A stretch of DNA of 64,000 nt from Candidatus Bathyarchaeota archaeon (GCA_963772455.1 CAVYXJ010000010.1:64001-128000); one strand, 5' to 3'. Shown: positions 48,716 through 59,891, numbered from the stretch's first letter. Notes: a model not told the origin generated them from the letters alone. Translations and numbers: made by a program.

Positions 48716-51138
48716 CCGTAAAAGAGAAAGAACTTGTTTTATGGTTTGAAGATGTAAGAAATGTTGATGTTTCCATTGTTGGCGGCAAAAACGCCAGCCT
48801 TGGAGAAATGATTAATTCGGGACTGCCTGTTCCACCTGGTTTTGCAGTAACTGCTTTTTCATATGAGCGATTTATTCAAGAAAAGAAAATTGCTGAGCAG
48901 ATATATTCGATTATTACGGAAACAGTGACAAACCCAAACGACCCTAAACAATATGATACTGCTTCAAAGAAGATTCGTGAATTAATCGAAAAGACTCCCA
49001 TGCCAAAGGACATAGAGGTCGCCATTAGAGAAGCATACAGAAAACTGAACAAGCGTCTTGAGCTTAAGGATACTTTTGTAGCTGTACGTTCAAGCGCAAC
49101 AGCTGAGGACTTACCGGACGCATCGTTTGCAGGGCAGCAGGAAACTTACCTTAATGTTAAAGGTGAAAATGACCTAATCGACAAAGTCGTGAAGTGCTGG
49201 TCAAGTCTTTTCACTCCGAGAGCGATTTTCTACCGTAACGAAAAAGGGTTCCCTCATGAAAAAGTCTTCATAAGCGTGGGCGTGCAAAAAATGGTTAACT
49301 CACGTTGCGCCGGAGTAATGTTCACTATTAACCCGGTTTCTGGTGACAGAGACGAAATTGTAATAGAAGGTAACTTCGGCTTGGGCGAAACCGTCGTGTC
49401 AGGCGCTGTTAACCCCGATGATTTCGTTATAGACAAGAATACTATGCAAATCAAAGATCGTCGTATATCTCGTAAAACAATCAAGTTTATTCGTGATTCT
49501 AAAACAGGAAAAACAGTCCACTTAGATATTCCTGAGGATGAACAAAAAACCGTGTGCATAAGTGATAAAGAGCTTATGACGCTTGCTGAGCTTGCCAAAC
49601 GCATCGAGAAACACTATGCTAAACCAATGGATATCGAATGGGCAATTGACCAAGATTTGTCCTACCCTGAAAACATGATGTTAGTTCAAGCTCGTCCTGA
49701 AACTATTTTCGGTACAAAAACAATGGAAGTCACAAAGATGGAAGAAAACCAATCTAAAGACCTAAAAGTTATTGTTCGAGGAATCTCTGCCGGGAGAAGA
49801 GGCTATGGTGTAGGTAAAGCAAAGGTTGTTTTAAACCTTCAGGATGCCAATCGTGACATGATGAAAGGAGATATTCTTGTAACAGGTATGACCGACCCTG
49901 ACTTTGTACCCTTTATGAAAATGGCTAGTGCCATAGTCACAGACAAAGGTGGAATTACTTCTCACGCAGCAATCGTTAGTCGAGAACTAAATATTCCATG
50001 TGTCGTAGGCACCGAAAATGCAACTCACGTAATGAAAACCGGTCTAGAATACACAGTGGATTCAAGAAACGGCGTAGTATACGAAGGAATAATGGCTCAA
50101 GCAGTTCAACCAACTTCAGCAACCAATGGAAATGTATTGATGCAAATTGCAGAAGCAGCTCCAGTAACAGCTACAAAGATCTATATGAACCTTGGAACTC
50201 CAGAGATGATTGAACAATACAAGAACTTGCCCTTTGAAGGCATCGGTTTAATGCGTACAGAATTTATCTTAGCTAGCGCTATTGGAAAACACCCCATGGC
50301 ATTTGTCGATGCAAATCAAAGCCAACAATTCGTCGACAAACTCGCGGATGGCATTGCAACAGTTGCCCGGGCAATCCAGCCAAAACCCGTCGTGGTGCGA
50401 TTGAGTGACTTCAAAACTAATGAGTACCGAGGTTTACAAGGCGGCGACAAATACGAAATCATCGAAGAAAACCCAATGTTGGGTTGGAGAGGTTGCAGCC
50501 GATATATAAGTAAGTGGTACGACAAAGCTTTCCGTTTGGAATGCCAAGCCATAGTAAAATGCCGCAAGGAATGGGCGCTCAAAAACGTCTATGTTATGCT
50601 CCCAATGGTTCGAACGCTCTGGGAAGCAAAAGCAGTTCTACAACTCATGAAGGAAGAAGGCCTAGAGCGCAATAAGGACTTCAAAATCTGGTTTATGGCT
50701 GAAACTCCCGCAATCGGAATAATGGCTGATGAATTTAGCAAACTCGTTGACGGTTTCAGCATAGGTTCAAACGATATGACACAAGGAGTGCTTATGATTG
50801 ACCGCGACTCTGAACGCCTAGGGCAAATGGGGTACTTCGACGAACGCGATCCAGCAGTCAAGCGTATCATCGCACATCTAATAAGAGCCGCCCACGAAAA
50901 TGGTTGCACAGTATCAATATGCGGCGAAGGACCATCAAACCTTCCTGACTTTGCAGAGTTTTTAGTTAGAGTAGGTATCGACAGCATATCGGTAAATAAC
51001 GACGCAGTTACTGCAACCCGCAAACACGTTGCAAGTATCGAACAAAAAATCATCCTTGAACGTCTCGCTGAGCAAGCTGCTTTGGCTCGTGGACAACCTC
51101 TTAAAAAGCCAATTCAAGATTGGGAATGGCAGTTATAA
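48712..51138 (+). CDS. ppsA: Phosphoenolpyruvate synthase
   Basis: VGGKNASLGEM, AVRSSATAED, GGITSHAAIVSRE, SIGSNDMTQ. Confidence 0.96.
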   Translation: MTVKEKELVLWFEDVRNVDVSIVGGKNASLGEMINSGLPVPPGFAVTAFSYERFIQEKKIAEQIYSIITETVTNPNDPKQYDTASKKIRELIEKTPMPKDIEVAIREAYRKLNKRLELKDTFVAVRSSATAEDLPDASFAGQQETYLNVKGENDLIDKVVKCWSSLFTPRAIFYRNEKGFPHEKVFISVGVQKMVNSRCAGVMFTINPVSGDRDEIVIEGNFGLGETVVSGAVNPDDFVIDKNTMQIKDRRISRKTIKFIRDSKTGKTVHLDIPEDEQKTVCISDKELMTLAELAKRIEKHYAKPMDIEWAIDQDLSYPENMMLVQARPETIFGTKTMEVTKMEENQSKDLKVIVRGISAGRRGYGVGKAKVVLNLQDANRDMMKGDILVTGMTDPDFVPFMKMASAIVTDKGGITSHAAIVSRELNIPCVVGTENATHVMKTGLEYTVDSRNGVVYEGIMAQAVQPTSATNGNVLMQIAEAAPVTATKIYMNLGTPEMIEQYKNLPFEGIGLMRTEFILASAIGKHPMAFVDANQSQQFVDKLADGIATVARAIQPKPVVVRLSDFKTNEYRGLQGGDKYEIIEENPMLGWRGCSRYISKWYDKAFRLECQAIVKCRKEWALKNVYVMLPMVRTLWEAKAVLQLMKEEGLERNKDFKIWFMAETPAIGIMADEFSKLVDGFSIGSNDMTQGVLMIDRDSERLGQMGYFDERDPAVKRIIAHLIRAAHENGCTVSICGEGPSNLPDFAEFLVRVGIDSISVNNDAVTATRKHVASIEQKIILERLAEQAALARGQPLKKPIQDWEWQL

Positions 51139-51205
51139 GCTTAAGCCCATACATTAAATGCGTCTCTTTCTTTTATTTTCTCATTCGCAAGTTTGTGGGT
51201 AGAGT

Positions 51206-52207
51206 ATGCTAGGCTTTGATTTTGAAGAGGAACGAATAAAACAAGAAATCACCAAACTAGATGCTAAACGCGTTCTATTGCAGATGCCTGAAGGATTAAA
51301 GCCGGAAGGTCCAAAATTAGCTACAATGATTGAGAAGTGTGGTGCTCTGGCGATAATTTCAGCCGACCCCTGTTACGGAGGCTGTGATGTTGCCGTTAGT
51401 GAAGCAGAAGGTTTAGGAGTGGATTTGATAGTGCATTTTGGGCATGCAAAAATGGTTAAGCATGAGACGGTTCCAACGATTTATGTTGAAGCCAGAGCAA
51501 CTGTAACATTAGACAATGCAGTTGAACGGTCTCTTCCTTTATTGCGTGATTATACTTCGATTGGGTTAGCAACTTCGGTTCAACATTTGCATATGCTCAA
51601 CATTGCAAGAGAAATCCTGACTCGAGCTGGAAAAACCGTTATTGTGGGCGACTCTTTACAAATAGCCTATCCTGGACAGGTTAGTGGCTGCAACTACAGT
51701 AATGCAAAATCCATCGCCGACGAAGTTGAGGCGTTTCTCTTCGTTGGCGGCGGAATGTTCCATGCACTAGGAATTGCTTTGAGCACTTCTAAACCAACTT
51801 TCATTTCAGACCCTTATGATAACAGAGCTTACTCGATTAATGTTGAAGCGCAGAAGATTCTAAGACAACGTTTCGCAATCATTCAAGAAGCTAAAAACGC
51901 CAAAAAATTCGGAATTTTTATAGGTCTAAAACCTGGCCAGAAACATTTGGACAGTGCACTTCATGTGAAGGAGATGGCTGAGAAAAATGGCAAAATCGCG
52001 TATTTGTTAGCTGCTAAGGAAATTAATCCTGAGACGCTTTTGGAGTTCCCATCAATTGACTCATATGTTAATACAGCTTGCCCAAGAGTTTCTCTTGAAG
52101 CTACAGGAAAGTTTCAGAAACCTGTTTTGACCATTAATGAATTTAAGGTAATTTGCGGTGAATCTTCATGGGAGAACATGCTCAAAAAAGGCTTATTCGA
52201 AAAATAG
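51206..52207 (+). CDS. dph2: Diphthamide biosynthesis enzyme Dph2
   Basis: QMPEGLK, CYGGCD, VSGC, TACPRV. Confidence 0.93.
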   Translation: MLGFDFEEERIKQEITKLDAKRVLLQMPEGLKPEGPKLATMIEKCGALAIISADPCYGGCDVAVSEAEGLGVDLIVHFGHAKMVKHETVPTIYVEARATVTLDNAVERSLPLLRDYTSIGLATSVQHLHMLNIAREILTRAGKTVIVGDSLQIAYPGQVSGCNYSNAKSIADEVEAFLFVGGGMFHALGIALSTSKPTFISDPYDNRAYSINVEAQKILRQRFAIIQEAKNAKKFGIFIGLKPGQKHLDSALHVKEMAEKNGKIAYLLAAKEINPETLLEFPSIDSYVNTACPRVSLEATGKFQKPVLTINEFKVICGESSWENMLKKGLFEK

Positions 52208-52869
52208 ACTTGGAAAGATTTCTCTCTCAAATAGATTCCCAACCTAGCCCAAAGATTCGTTTGGAACAATACACAGTTTCAGAACAGCTCGCAGCAAGCA
52301 TGCTTTACATCGCCGCTTATGCGAACGACGATATAGTTGGAAAGTCGGTTTTGGATTTGGGATGTGGTACAGGCAGGCTTTCGTTTGGGGCTTTATTCGT
52401 TGGAGCTAAAGAGGTTGTAGGCATTGATATTGATAGATTAGCGATTCAAACAGCGTATAAAAATTCTAAAAATATCGGATTAGACCAAACTGTTCAATGG
52501 GTTCTCGGAGATATAGGCATCGTAATTGGGAAATTCGATACCGTTTTGCAGAATCCTCCTTTTGGTGTTCAAACGCGTGAGGCTGATCGAGCGTTTTTGG
52601 TTAAAGCACTCGAAGTTAGCAACTGTGTGTACTCGCTTCATAGTCATCCCGAAGTCGATGCTCGGTTGATTAAACAGCTGAAAGTCAGTAAGGGTTGTTT
52701 GCAGGTTTCCGCTTCCCCTTTCCTTGAAAAGTTCATTGCGAAACATGGGGGTTCAGTTACAGCAGTCTATGCTATGCTTATGACTATTCCCCGAATGTTT
52801 GATTTTCACACAAAATTAAAACACGACTTTGTCATCGATTTATACATAATCAAAAAGAAAACTCTTTAG
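52168..52869 (+). CDS. METTL5-like RNA methyltransferase
   Basis: LEQYTV, DLGCGTGRL, QNPPFG. Confidence 0.9.
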   Translation: MGEHAQKRLIRKIDLERFLSQIDSQPSPKIRLEQYTVSEQLAASMLYIAAYANDDIVGKSVLDLGCGTGRLSFGALFVGAKEVVGIDIDRLAIQTAYKNSKNIGLDQTVQWVLGDIGIVIGKFDTVLQNPPFGVQTREADRAFLVKALEVSNCVYSLHSHPEVDARLIKQLKVSKGCLQVSASPFLEKFIAKHGGSVTAVYAMLMTIPRMFDFHTKLKHDFVIDLYIIKKKTL

Positions 52870-53111
52870 AAACCCGATTAGCTGCTGAAGCTTAAATGGC
52901 TAAATTTTTTTATTGCATGTGCTAAAAATGCTTTTCACCATTTTTTATCACATATCTTGCGTTCATAAAAATCCCGCAAAATTTGGAACATTCATTTTTG
53001 CCGGCAAAATCCTTATTTTTATTTATTTATCAAAAGGTTTATTGCATCGAATGGAAACTAAGCATATGCATTTATCAAAATCAAGCTTATTTACAAGTAA
53101 AGGGAACTATC

Positions 53112-53693
53112 ATGAGTCTAAAATCTCCAGAACAAAAAAGTGGTCATTTAGTTGTGCCCGGCGAACGTTTGGGCGTAATTGAAGAATTTATTCCTGACTC
53201 GGGGACATACGAGAAAAACGGCGTTATATATTCAAAGATTGTTGGCCGTTCATTACTAGATTTACAAAATAGACGAGTTTCAGTCTATCCCGTAGCCGAA
53301 GGCATAGTTATTCCAAAAGTCGGAACGGTAGTAATGGGGCAAATCGGCAATGCACAATCTGATAATGTTTTAGTAAAAATATTCAGGATTGGAAAAAGAA
53401 AGCTTTCAGGCAATTTCGGTGGTGTCTTACATGTTTCAGATGTTTCTGACAGATACGTTGACCAAATTAGTGATGTAGTTAAGCCAGGAGACATTGTTCG
53501 TGCAAAAGTCATCAGCGATAAAAACCAAACATTTCACTTATCAATGAACGACAAGGGTTTAGGTGTTGTCTATGGTTTCTGTTCACGTTGCGGTACATTG
53601 CTTGAGCAGCATGGATATGACCTAAAATGTCCAAAAGATGGAAACGTTGAAACACGTAAGATAGCTCCAGATTACGACAAAGAAGATTTATAA
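53112..53693 (+). CDS. csl4: Exosome RNA-binding subunit Csl4
   Basis: VVPGERLGVIEEF, S1 domain PGDIVRAKV, Zn ribbon. Confidence 0.93.
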   Translation: MSLKSPEQKSGHLVVPGERLGVIEEFIPDSGTYEKNGVIYSKIVGRSLLDLQNRRVSVYPVAEGIVIPKVGTVVMGQIGNAQSDNVLVKIFRIGKRKLSGNFGGVLHVSDVSDRYVDQISDVVKPGDIVRAKVISDKNQTFHLSMNDKGLGVVYGFCSRCGTLLEQHGYDLKCPKDGNVETRKIAPDYDKEDL

Positions 53694-53713
53694 AATTACA
53701 AGAGGAAGAACCT

Positions 53714-53995
53714 ATGAAAGTTAAAGTACTAAAGAAATCCGAAAATGAATTAAAGATTGAAATCGAAGGCACAAGTCACGGGCTCTGCAACTTGATAGCG
53801 AAAAGACTTCTAGAAGATAAAAAAGTAGAGTTTGCAGGCTACGATCTACCACATCCTTTAGCTTCAAGCCCCATAATCTACCTAAGGATGAAAGGCGCCA
53901 ACAAACCTGAAGATGCATTGATTGAGGCCGCAAACAAAGTTCGGGAAGCAAATGATGCTTTTAGTAAAGAACTTGATCGTGTTCTAAAAGCCTAA
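53714..53995 (+). CDS. rpo11: RNA polymerase subunit Rpo11/L
   Basis: IEGTSHGLCNL, FAGYDLPHPL. Confidence 0.93.
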   Translation: MKVKVLKKSENELKIEIEGTSHGLCNLIAKRLLEDKKVEFAGYDLPHPLASSPIIYLRMKGANKPEDALIEAANKVREANDAFSKELDRVLKA

Positions 53996-54099
53996 CCTAA
54001 CTTCTAAAAATATTATTTTCCTCTTTATCCTTTTTTACAATTTGATGCTGTTTTATTTTAGTGAAAAATAGTAACTGAAAACGGTTTCAGGGAATAGAT

Positions 54100-54681
54100 T
54101 TGAGCAACCAAAAAAAATTGCGTTTAATTAAACCAGAAATCAGAGTGCTAGGCATCGACGACGGAAAATTTACTCCCAAAACTAAAGAAAGCGCATTAAT
54201 TGTGGGAGTTGTTTTTCGAGGAGGGAGTTCAATTGAGGGAGTAATGCATACTCGAATTATTATTGATGGCTTAGATGCAACTGAAAAGTTGGCTTTAATG
54301 ATTAACAATTCCCCTCACCGTAAGCAGCTACGTTTGGTAATGTTGAACGGCATAACTTTTGGTGGATTCAATGTTGTTGATATACAAAAATTGCATTTAG
54401 CAACGAAAATTCCGATTTTAGTTTTGACTCGTAAGAAGCCTGATTTGAATTGTATTCGTGAAGCGCTAAAAAACTTGGAAAAAGCTGAAGAACGTTGGGG
54501 AATGATTCTTGAGGCCGGAAAAATTTACGAGATGATCAACAAGGGCAAAACAGTATTTTTGGAAACTGCTGGTCTTTCATTTGAGGATGCCGAAAAAATT
54601 GTTGGTTTAACCTCGACTAGGAGTAGTCTGCCCGAGCCATTGCGTGTTGCTCATATTATTGCTTCTGGAGTTAGTTCTTGA
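54100..54681 (+). CDS. DUF99 family protein (endonuclease V-like fold)
   Basis: LGIDDG, IDGLDAT, GITFGGFNVVD, PEPLRVAH. Confidence 0.9.
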   Translation: MSNQKKLRLIKPEIRVLGIDDGKFTPKTKESALIVGVVFRGGSSIEGVMHTRIIIDGLDATEKLALMINNSPHRKQLRLVMLNGITFGGFNVVDIQKLHLATKIPILVLTRKKPDLNCIREALKNLEKAEERWGMILEAGKIYEMINKGKTVFLETAGLSFEDAEKIVGLTSTRSSLPEPLRVAHIIASGVSS

Positions 54682-54754
54682 TTTTTGAGTTATTTAGAAA
54701 AAGTTTAAAAGGTAGAATGCTAAGGTGTCCCAAAACGGATGTGGAGTTAGGTAT

Positions 54755-55111
54755 ATGGAATTCTGCCCTAAATGCGGTTCACGTCTTGAGCCAAAAAAAT
54801 CCAAGAGTGGTAAAGAAGCAACTTTGGTTCTTGCCTGTGGAAAATGCGGATACAAAAAGCCTGAAGTCGACAAAAAAACCGAAACCAAAGTGGCGCCTAA
54901 GGTTATTCAGCATACTCCACAACAGCTTGTAGCTGTGATCGGCAAAGAGGAGCAAAAGTTGAGTACTTTGCCCACTGTGCGTATTGAATGCCCAAAATGC
55001 GGGAACAACACTGCTTATGTCTGGCAAGTTCAGACACGTGGAGCAGATGAATCTTCAACTCAGTTTCTACGTTGCACAAAATGCAACTACACATACAGAG
55101 AGTATAGCTAA
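54755..55111 (+). CDS. tfs: Transcription cleavage factor TFS (RpoM-like)
   Basis: FCPKCGS...CPKCGN...QTRGADE...CTKC. Confidence 0.93.
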   Translation: MEFCPKCGSRLEPKKSKSGKEATLVLACGKCGYKKPEVDKKTETKVAPKVIQHTPQQLVAVIGKEEQKLSTLPTVRIECPKCGNNTAYVWQVQTRGADESSTQFLRCTKCNYTYREYS

Positions 55112-55194
55112 ACCTCTTTGTTTTTCTTTTTGCTTTTTGTTTGCAAAATACCAGAGGGTACTAAAAATGCATATTCTTTTTTAATTGACTAAAC

Positions 55195-56274
55195 ATGTTT
55201 ATGGTTGTGCTCGGATTGAAAAACGACTCCAATTCACCAAACACCAGGAATCAATCAAGATTCTTTGTTAAAATCTTGCCATTCATTGCATTCGCTGTTC
55301 CATTGGCGTTACTGTTTTTTTTAAATCCGATGGATCCATACTTGAAGGTTTCAGCGCAGGATTCTTTCCAATTAATGTGGAAGGGTAGAACCTTCCAGTT
55401 ATTCTTCATTTGGCTTGTAGCCTTGGAATTCATTTTAAGTTGGGAAAATATTAAACTGAAAATGGAATCTAAGAACAAAACAAGAGTCGTTGTTTTTGCA
55501 TTAGTTTTGTTGCTTCCAACATTGTATGTGTTGTTTGAAAACTATTTTGGTTTAAACTCGGCCATCGTAAGCTGGGCAACCCAAAGTGGAATAGCCTTCT
55601 CTGAGTCCATGCCGCTTGCAATCGAGTACCTTATCTTTTCTCTTTTATTTTGTGGAATCGTTTTTCTCTCGTTTGGAAAAAAAGGTTTAGCAGGTTTCGC
55701 TTTACCCGCCTTTTTTGCTGGGTTAGTCGGTGTACTTTACACAATTGACAATGTTTTTCCATATGGGCAATTTACGCCCTTTCAACTGCTAGTTCCAACA
55801 ACTGCAACTCTTGCGTCGGGTGTTTTAGGTTTAATCGGGTACTCTTCTGTACCAGGAATTGAAATAGGGACTGGGATGCCAACTTTGCAAGTTACTAGTG
55901 CAATAGGATCAGCAAAATTCGCGATTGCGTGGCCTTGTGCAGGTATTGAGAGTTTACTTATCTTTACTGCCGTGGGTCTCCTATTCTTGAAGAAGATGAA
56001 CATTTCTTGGAAAGCCAAAATAGGTTTCTTTGCTTTTGGTGCGTTAATCACATATCTCATAAATGTTCTTCGAATTGCAACAATCTTCACCATTGGGGTA
56101 CAGTATGGAGTAAATTCTAGTCAAGTACAGTCATTCCACTTTTACTATGGTCCATTATGCGCTATGGCATGGATTATATCTTATCCACTGCTTATTCTTG
56201 CAATTCCAAAGTTATGGAGAAAAATCAAAATAAAAGTTATGAAATCTCAACCAAAACAGCTAAACCTTGCTTAA
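55195..56274 (+). CDS. Archaeosortase/exosortase family protein
   Basis: Multi-TM; catalytic triad motifs WPCAG, NVLRI, FHFYYG. Confidence 0.85.
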   Translation: MFMVVLGLKNDSNSPNTRNQSRFFVKILPFIAFAVPLALLFFLNPMDPYLKVSAQDSFQLMWKGRTFQLFFIWLVALEFILSWENIKLKMESKNKTRVVVFALVLLLPTLYVLFENYFGLNSAIVSWATQSGIAFSESMPLAIEYLIFSLLFCGIVFLSFGKKGLAGFALPAFFAGLVGVLYTIDNVFPYGQFTPFQLLVPTTATLASGVLGLIGYSSVPGIEIGTGMPTLQVTSAIGSAKFAIAWPCAGIESLLIFTAVGLLFLKKMNISWKAKIGFFAFGALITYLINVLRIATIFTIGVQYGVNSSQVQSFHFYYGPLCAMAWIISYPLLILAIPKLWRKIKIKVMKSQPKQLNLA

Positions 56275-56821
56275 CCAAAATTTGGGCGTTTTGAGGTGGT
56301 AGAGACGCAACATCCTCAGCAATAAATGGACCATATGACTTCATGTCTGCGCCCATAATGGCTGGAATATTCTTTAAAAATCGAATAGTTGACCGTTTAT
56401 GAGTTTGAAGAGCAACAACGTTGGGTTCGTTTCTAATTACCACTTTGATAGGTTCCGCAGTTAGATGCCCTTGCATTAAGTCCTCTGTAAACTTGTGGTA
56501 TAATTTTGTGAAGTCTGTAAAAGTTTCACACATTCTTGTCTCTTCAACTGTTAGTAATTCTATTGGCAACTTTTGGGTTTTTGTGACAGTTTTAATGATT
56601 TTTCTGTACCTTGCCCCGAGGAGTTCTTTAAGCATCCTCTCAACGTTTGCTGATTCATGTTCAAGCAAATTTGTTTTAACAGATTTTTTGTCCAAAACTT
56701 TGTCTTCTTCTATAATATGTTTAAGATATTGTGAGATTTTCGCATAGAAATCTAGTGGAAGCCCTCCCAGTGTTGGGTCGTCGATTTCTCTTTGCCAAGC
56801 TGAATAAAGTTCATTATACAT
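56237..56821 (-). CDS. GINS15 (Gins51) replication factor
   Basis: LPLDFY...; C-terminal domain IMGADMKSYGPF..EDVASLP..NA.IL; downstream of priS. Confidence 0.88.
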   Translation of the reverse strand: MYNELYSAWQREIDDPTLGGLPLDFYAKISQYLKHIIEEDKVLDKKSVKTNLLEHESANVERMLKELLGARYRKIIKTVTKTQKLPIELLTVEETRMCETFTDFTKLYHKFTEDLMQGHLTAEPIKVVIRNEPNVVALQTHKRSTIRFLKNIPAIMGADMKSYGPFIAEDVASLPPQNAQILVKQGLAVLVEIS

Positions 56822-58050
56822 TAGTTTGCCACCTGAGCTCGTTTTTTACAGATAAGCATAACCGCTGCAGCAACAGGCATCTCAACCGTTTGATTCTTGT
56901 ATGGTCCCAAGGTTTCCCCACTCATTCTAAACTCTGGTGCGTCTGAAACAAACACTTTAGCTGTTCCCTTTTTAAAAGCTACCGCTCCTGTAAAAGGATC
57001 AAAAGTCTGTAAGTCTTTCGCCGGAAACTTTACTTTTTTAAGGCCGGTTTTTCCATGTAAAGTGCCGTTCATGCGGATTAAGCGGTGAATGTCAGTGGTG
57101 ACGACGGTATCAATCTTTGAGGATTGCATTTCTCTGACATACTCTGCTAGTTTTAGCCACGTTTGGACTTTTACACCTTTTATGCTTTCCCATTTGCCTT
57201 CCTGAATTGCTCGTTTAATAATAAGCTCTTTATTTTCTAAGATTGCTTTGTTATTCAAGCCTACTGCTTTGAGATTTTCTGTAGTCGCATTTAATAGAAA
57301 ATCTGCCATCCCAAACTTTAGTCGCTTATTCCATCCGAAATCGTGTAAACTAAATTTTTTTGCACCCGAACCACGTTTTCCTCGAGGTTGTTTACCTCCA
57401 TTATCCAAAATAGCAATACCTAATCCTGTTACAAAATCAACGATTTCTTTACGCGCCATTGCATCCAATGATTTTACAGAATCACTTTCGATGTGGACAT
57501 GATAACCTCTATGACCAGAAAAATATAAGTGCAATTCATTTTGGGAAAATCCAAAATCGTTCTCTAACATATCTATTAACTTGGCAGTTTCGGTGCGTGC
57601 GGAATGTATGCAAAGTTCACAAGGCCAAGTTTTTGATTCGAATTTTGTTGCTTCACAGCAGGGACAGACTTCAGGAATTAGTCCTCTGCCGCTAAACCCG
57701 CATTTGACACATGTGAATTCGTCATGAATTTTATCGCAGTTTGTTGGAATATGGTCAGCGTCGATGTCAAAGACTAAGTCAGCGCCTAACCAACCTTTTT
57801 TATCCATGTCTAAATCTGGGTTTTCATAGTAAGCGCAGGAATGATAAACATCTGAGGGTATAGTTTCAGCAAGCATTGCTCTAAAGTTTTTGAATTCAGC
57901 AAACCTTCGGTGTCTGACCATGAATCGTTCTTTGAACATGAGATATGCAAATTCTCGCTGTTCAGGGATGGTGATCGCAGGAATTGTTGTCGAGGGATCT
58001 TGGTAGTATTCAGCGAATTTTTGGTAAACGAATTCTCGAGAAGCCTCCAA
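56821..58050 (-). CDS. priS: DNA primase small subunit
   Basis: QREFA, ADLVFDIDADH, FSGHRGYHVH, IDTVVTTDIHRLIR. Confidence 0.95.
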   Translation of the reverse strand: MEASREFVYQKFAEYYQDPSTTIPAITIPEQREFAYLMFKERFMVRHRRFAEFKNFRAMLAETIPSDVYHSCAYYENPDLDMDKKGWLGADLVFDIDADHIPTNCDKIHDEFTCVKCGFSGRGLIPEVCPCCEATKFESKTWPCELCIHSARTETAKLIDMLENDFGFSQNELHLYFSGHRGYHVHIESDSVKSLDAMARKEIVDFVTGLGIAILDNGGKQPRGKRGSGAKKFSLHDFGWNKRLKFGMADFLLNATTENLKAVGLNNKAILENKELIIKRAIQEGKWESIKGVKVQTWLKLAEYVREMQSSKIDTVVTTDIHRLIRMNGTLHGKTGLKKVKFPAKDLQTFDPFTGAVAFKKGTAKVFVSDAPEFRMSGETLGPYKNQTVEMPVAAAVMLICKKRAQVAN

Positions 58051-58129
58051 ACCCTACCCCTCTTATGTGATGAATTATCCTGTTAGCCTAAATTTAACTT
58101 TATATTGCTAAGAATAGAATTGCCGCTAA

Positions 58130-59806
58130 TTAGATTTTGATCAGACTTTGGATGTTTTTTATTATTTGTTGGGGTAACAAGGGCATCCCGCTGAAGGCGA
58201 GTAATGCAATCATGATAATTAGCCAAATCATCGTAACCCCAAGTTCTGTTTTGCGTTGAGGTATCAATATGTAAACAAAAAAGTAAGGGATGTACCAGTT
58301 TTGGAAGTAGGGTAATGTGAAACTTGGCAGAAGAAGGAAGAGTGCTGACAATGAAAGTAAACTATTTTTATTTAACATGTAAAACGTGTAAACCAAGGTG
58401 GCTGCCAGCGTTAGAAGAATATATGTGAATTGCAAAGACCATGAGATTTGAGTGTGGGGTGCAAAAGCATTGATGCCGTTCATAATCAATTCTGGTCTAG
58501 TTTGTGATAGAAATGGAGCACTCAAAAAAGCAGTAAACGCACTAATGAGAATAAAAACGGCGCCCAAAATAACCGCTTTATTTCGGAACAATTTTCCAAG
58601 TTTGTTTCTTTCAATTAGTCTCAAAAAGCCCACGATTATTAAGGGCAATAAGAATATGCCAGCTTGATATTTTAAGAAGACAGAAATTCCGATGAGCAAA
58701 AAGAAGTAGTCATAACGTTCACTCAAAAGCATGGTTACTGCAAGTAAGGAAAAGATAAACGGGATGGAATCAAACATGCCGCCGGCAGCATAAATTACCA
58801 AACTCAAATAAATGATGTAGAGTCCTACCAATTTCCAAAATAAATGCAAACTCTTTTTTAAAAAGACTCTCAAGAAGAAAAAGAGGCATATGTGGGCAAA
58901 AATAAGGAAAAGAGCAATCTCGAGCTTATAGATTAAAACTGAGTCAAAACCATTCTGTAACAAAGAGCCAAAAGGTAAAAACAAAAGAATGCTGCCCAGT
59001 GGGTATAGATGTGGCATTTCAGGCCATGTTACATACATAAAGTGCGAATTATCTTGGCTTGAAAGTGTTCCTAAGGGCTGACTAAAAACTGATAAGCCGT
59101 CTTTGAGAAATAAAGTTGAAACATATGAGTGCCTTACATGGTCTGTGAACCAATTTTCAACGGTTGCAAGTGAATTAGAATTTAGAGCTAACAAAATAAG
59201 CCAAAGGATCAGTGATAATGCAATTAGTGATAATAGCCTGTTGCGGAAGATTTTGTCTATTGGTGGTAAGGTGGGTTTGGTTTCTATTTTTTCTATGTTT
59301 TTGCTAAATGTCAATTTTATTATGATTAACATTGAAACGCCTAAGCTGAGGATGAACATGATTTTTGCTGGAGTTGTTATCCAGGAGTATGGGTGAAGGC
59401 TTTGTGTTTTCTCTGCTGTTACTTGAAAATTGATCCAGTTCGCATTTGGCGAGTTTGAGTAGAAAATGGCTTCATAATAGTCTGGGTCTGCAGTGAAGGA
59501 ATAGGTGATGTTTAGTTTAGAAGAATTAACATAGAATGAACTGTTGGTGCTATTTACGATGGAGAAGTTTTTCGAGAACGATGATGATTCTATCCTAACC
59601 GAAATATTTTCCCCACCCTGGAAAGTCCCTATGCCTTTTCTGTAAACTTCATTTTGACTTAATCTGAAGGAGTCATTGAAAAGTGAGGTTTTTTCATTTT
59701 TTTCAGTTACTATTGGAAATATACTTAAAACCGATAGGAATAGACTTAGCGTTAGGAACACAATGGAGACTATAAGAAAAATTTTAGTTGTTTCCAGCCT
59801 CTTCAT
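58130..59806 (-). CDS. Multi-TM membrane protein, probable GT-C glycosyltransferase with N-terminal extracellular domain
   Basis: About 12 TMs; FTDHVRH, HLYPLG, GMFDSI, LKYQ motifs; follows a polyprenol-phosphate mannose synthase gene. Confidence 0.6.
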   Translation of the reverse strand: MKRLETTKIFLIVSIVFLTLSLFLSVLSIFPIVTEKNEKTSLFNDSFRLSQNEVYRKGIGTFQGGENISVRIESSSFSKNFSIVNSTNSSFYVNSSKLNITYSFTADPDYYEAIFYSNSPNANWINFQVTAEKTQSLHPYSWITTPAKIMFILSLGVSMLIIIKLTFSKNIEKIETKPTLPPIDKIFRNRLLSLIALSLILWLILLALNSNSLATVENWFTDHVRHSYVSTLFLKDGLSVFSQPLGTLSSQDNSHFMYVTWPEMPHLYPLGSILLFLPFGSLLQNGFDSVLIYKLEIALFLIFAHICLFFFLRVFLKKSLHLFWKLVGLYIIYLSLVIYAAGGMFDSIPFIFSLLAVTMLLSERYDYFFLLIGISVFLKYQAGIFLLPLIIVGFLRLIERNKLGKLFRNKAVILGAVFILISAFTAFLSAPFLSQTRPELIMNGINAFAPHTQISWSLQFTYILLTLAATLVYTFYMLNKNSLLSLSALFLLLPSFTLPYFQNWYIPYFFVYILIPQRKTELGVTMIWLIIMIALLAFSGMPLLPQQIIKNIQSLIKI

Positions 59807-59891
59807 TGAATCCCCTTATCTTCGGCTAAAAATAGGAATTTGCTAATATTTAATTCTGCCACATGAAAAGAAGCTTTAACTCCACAGACAT

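Noticed and set aside
52913-53182. ORF 52913..53182 and the N-terminal extension of csl4 from 52983
   Set aside because: Low-complexity AT-rich intergenic sequence; Csl4 homology starts at ATG 53112.
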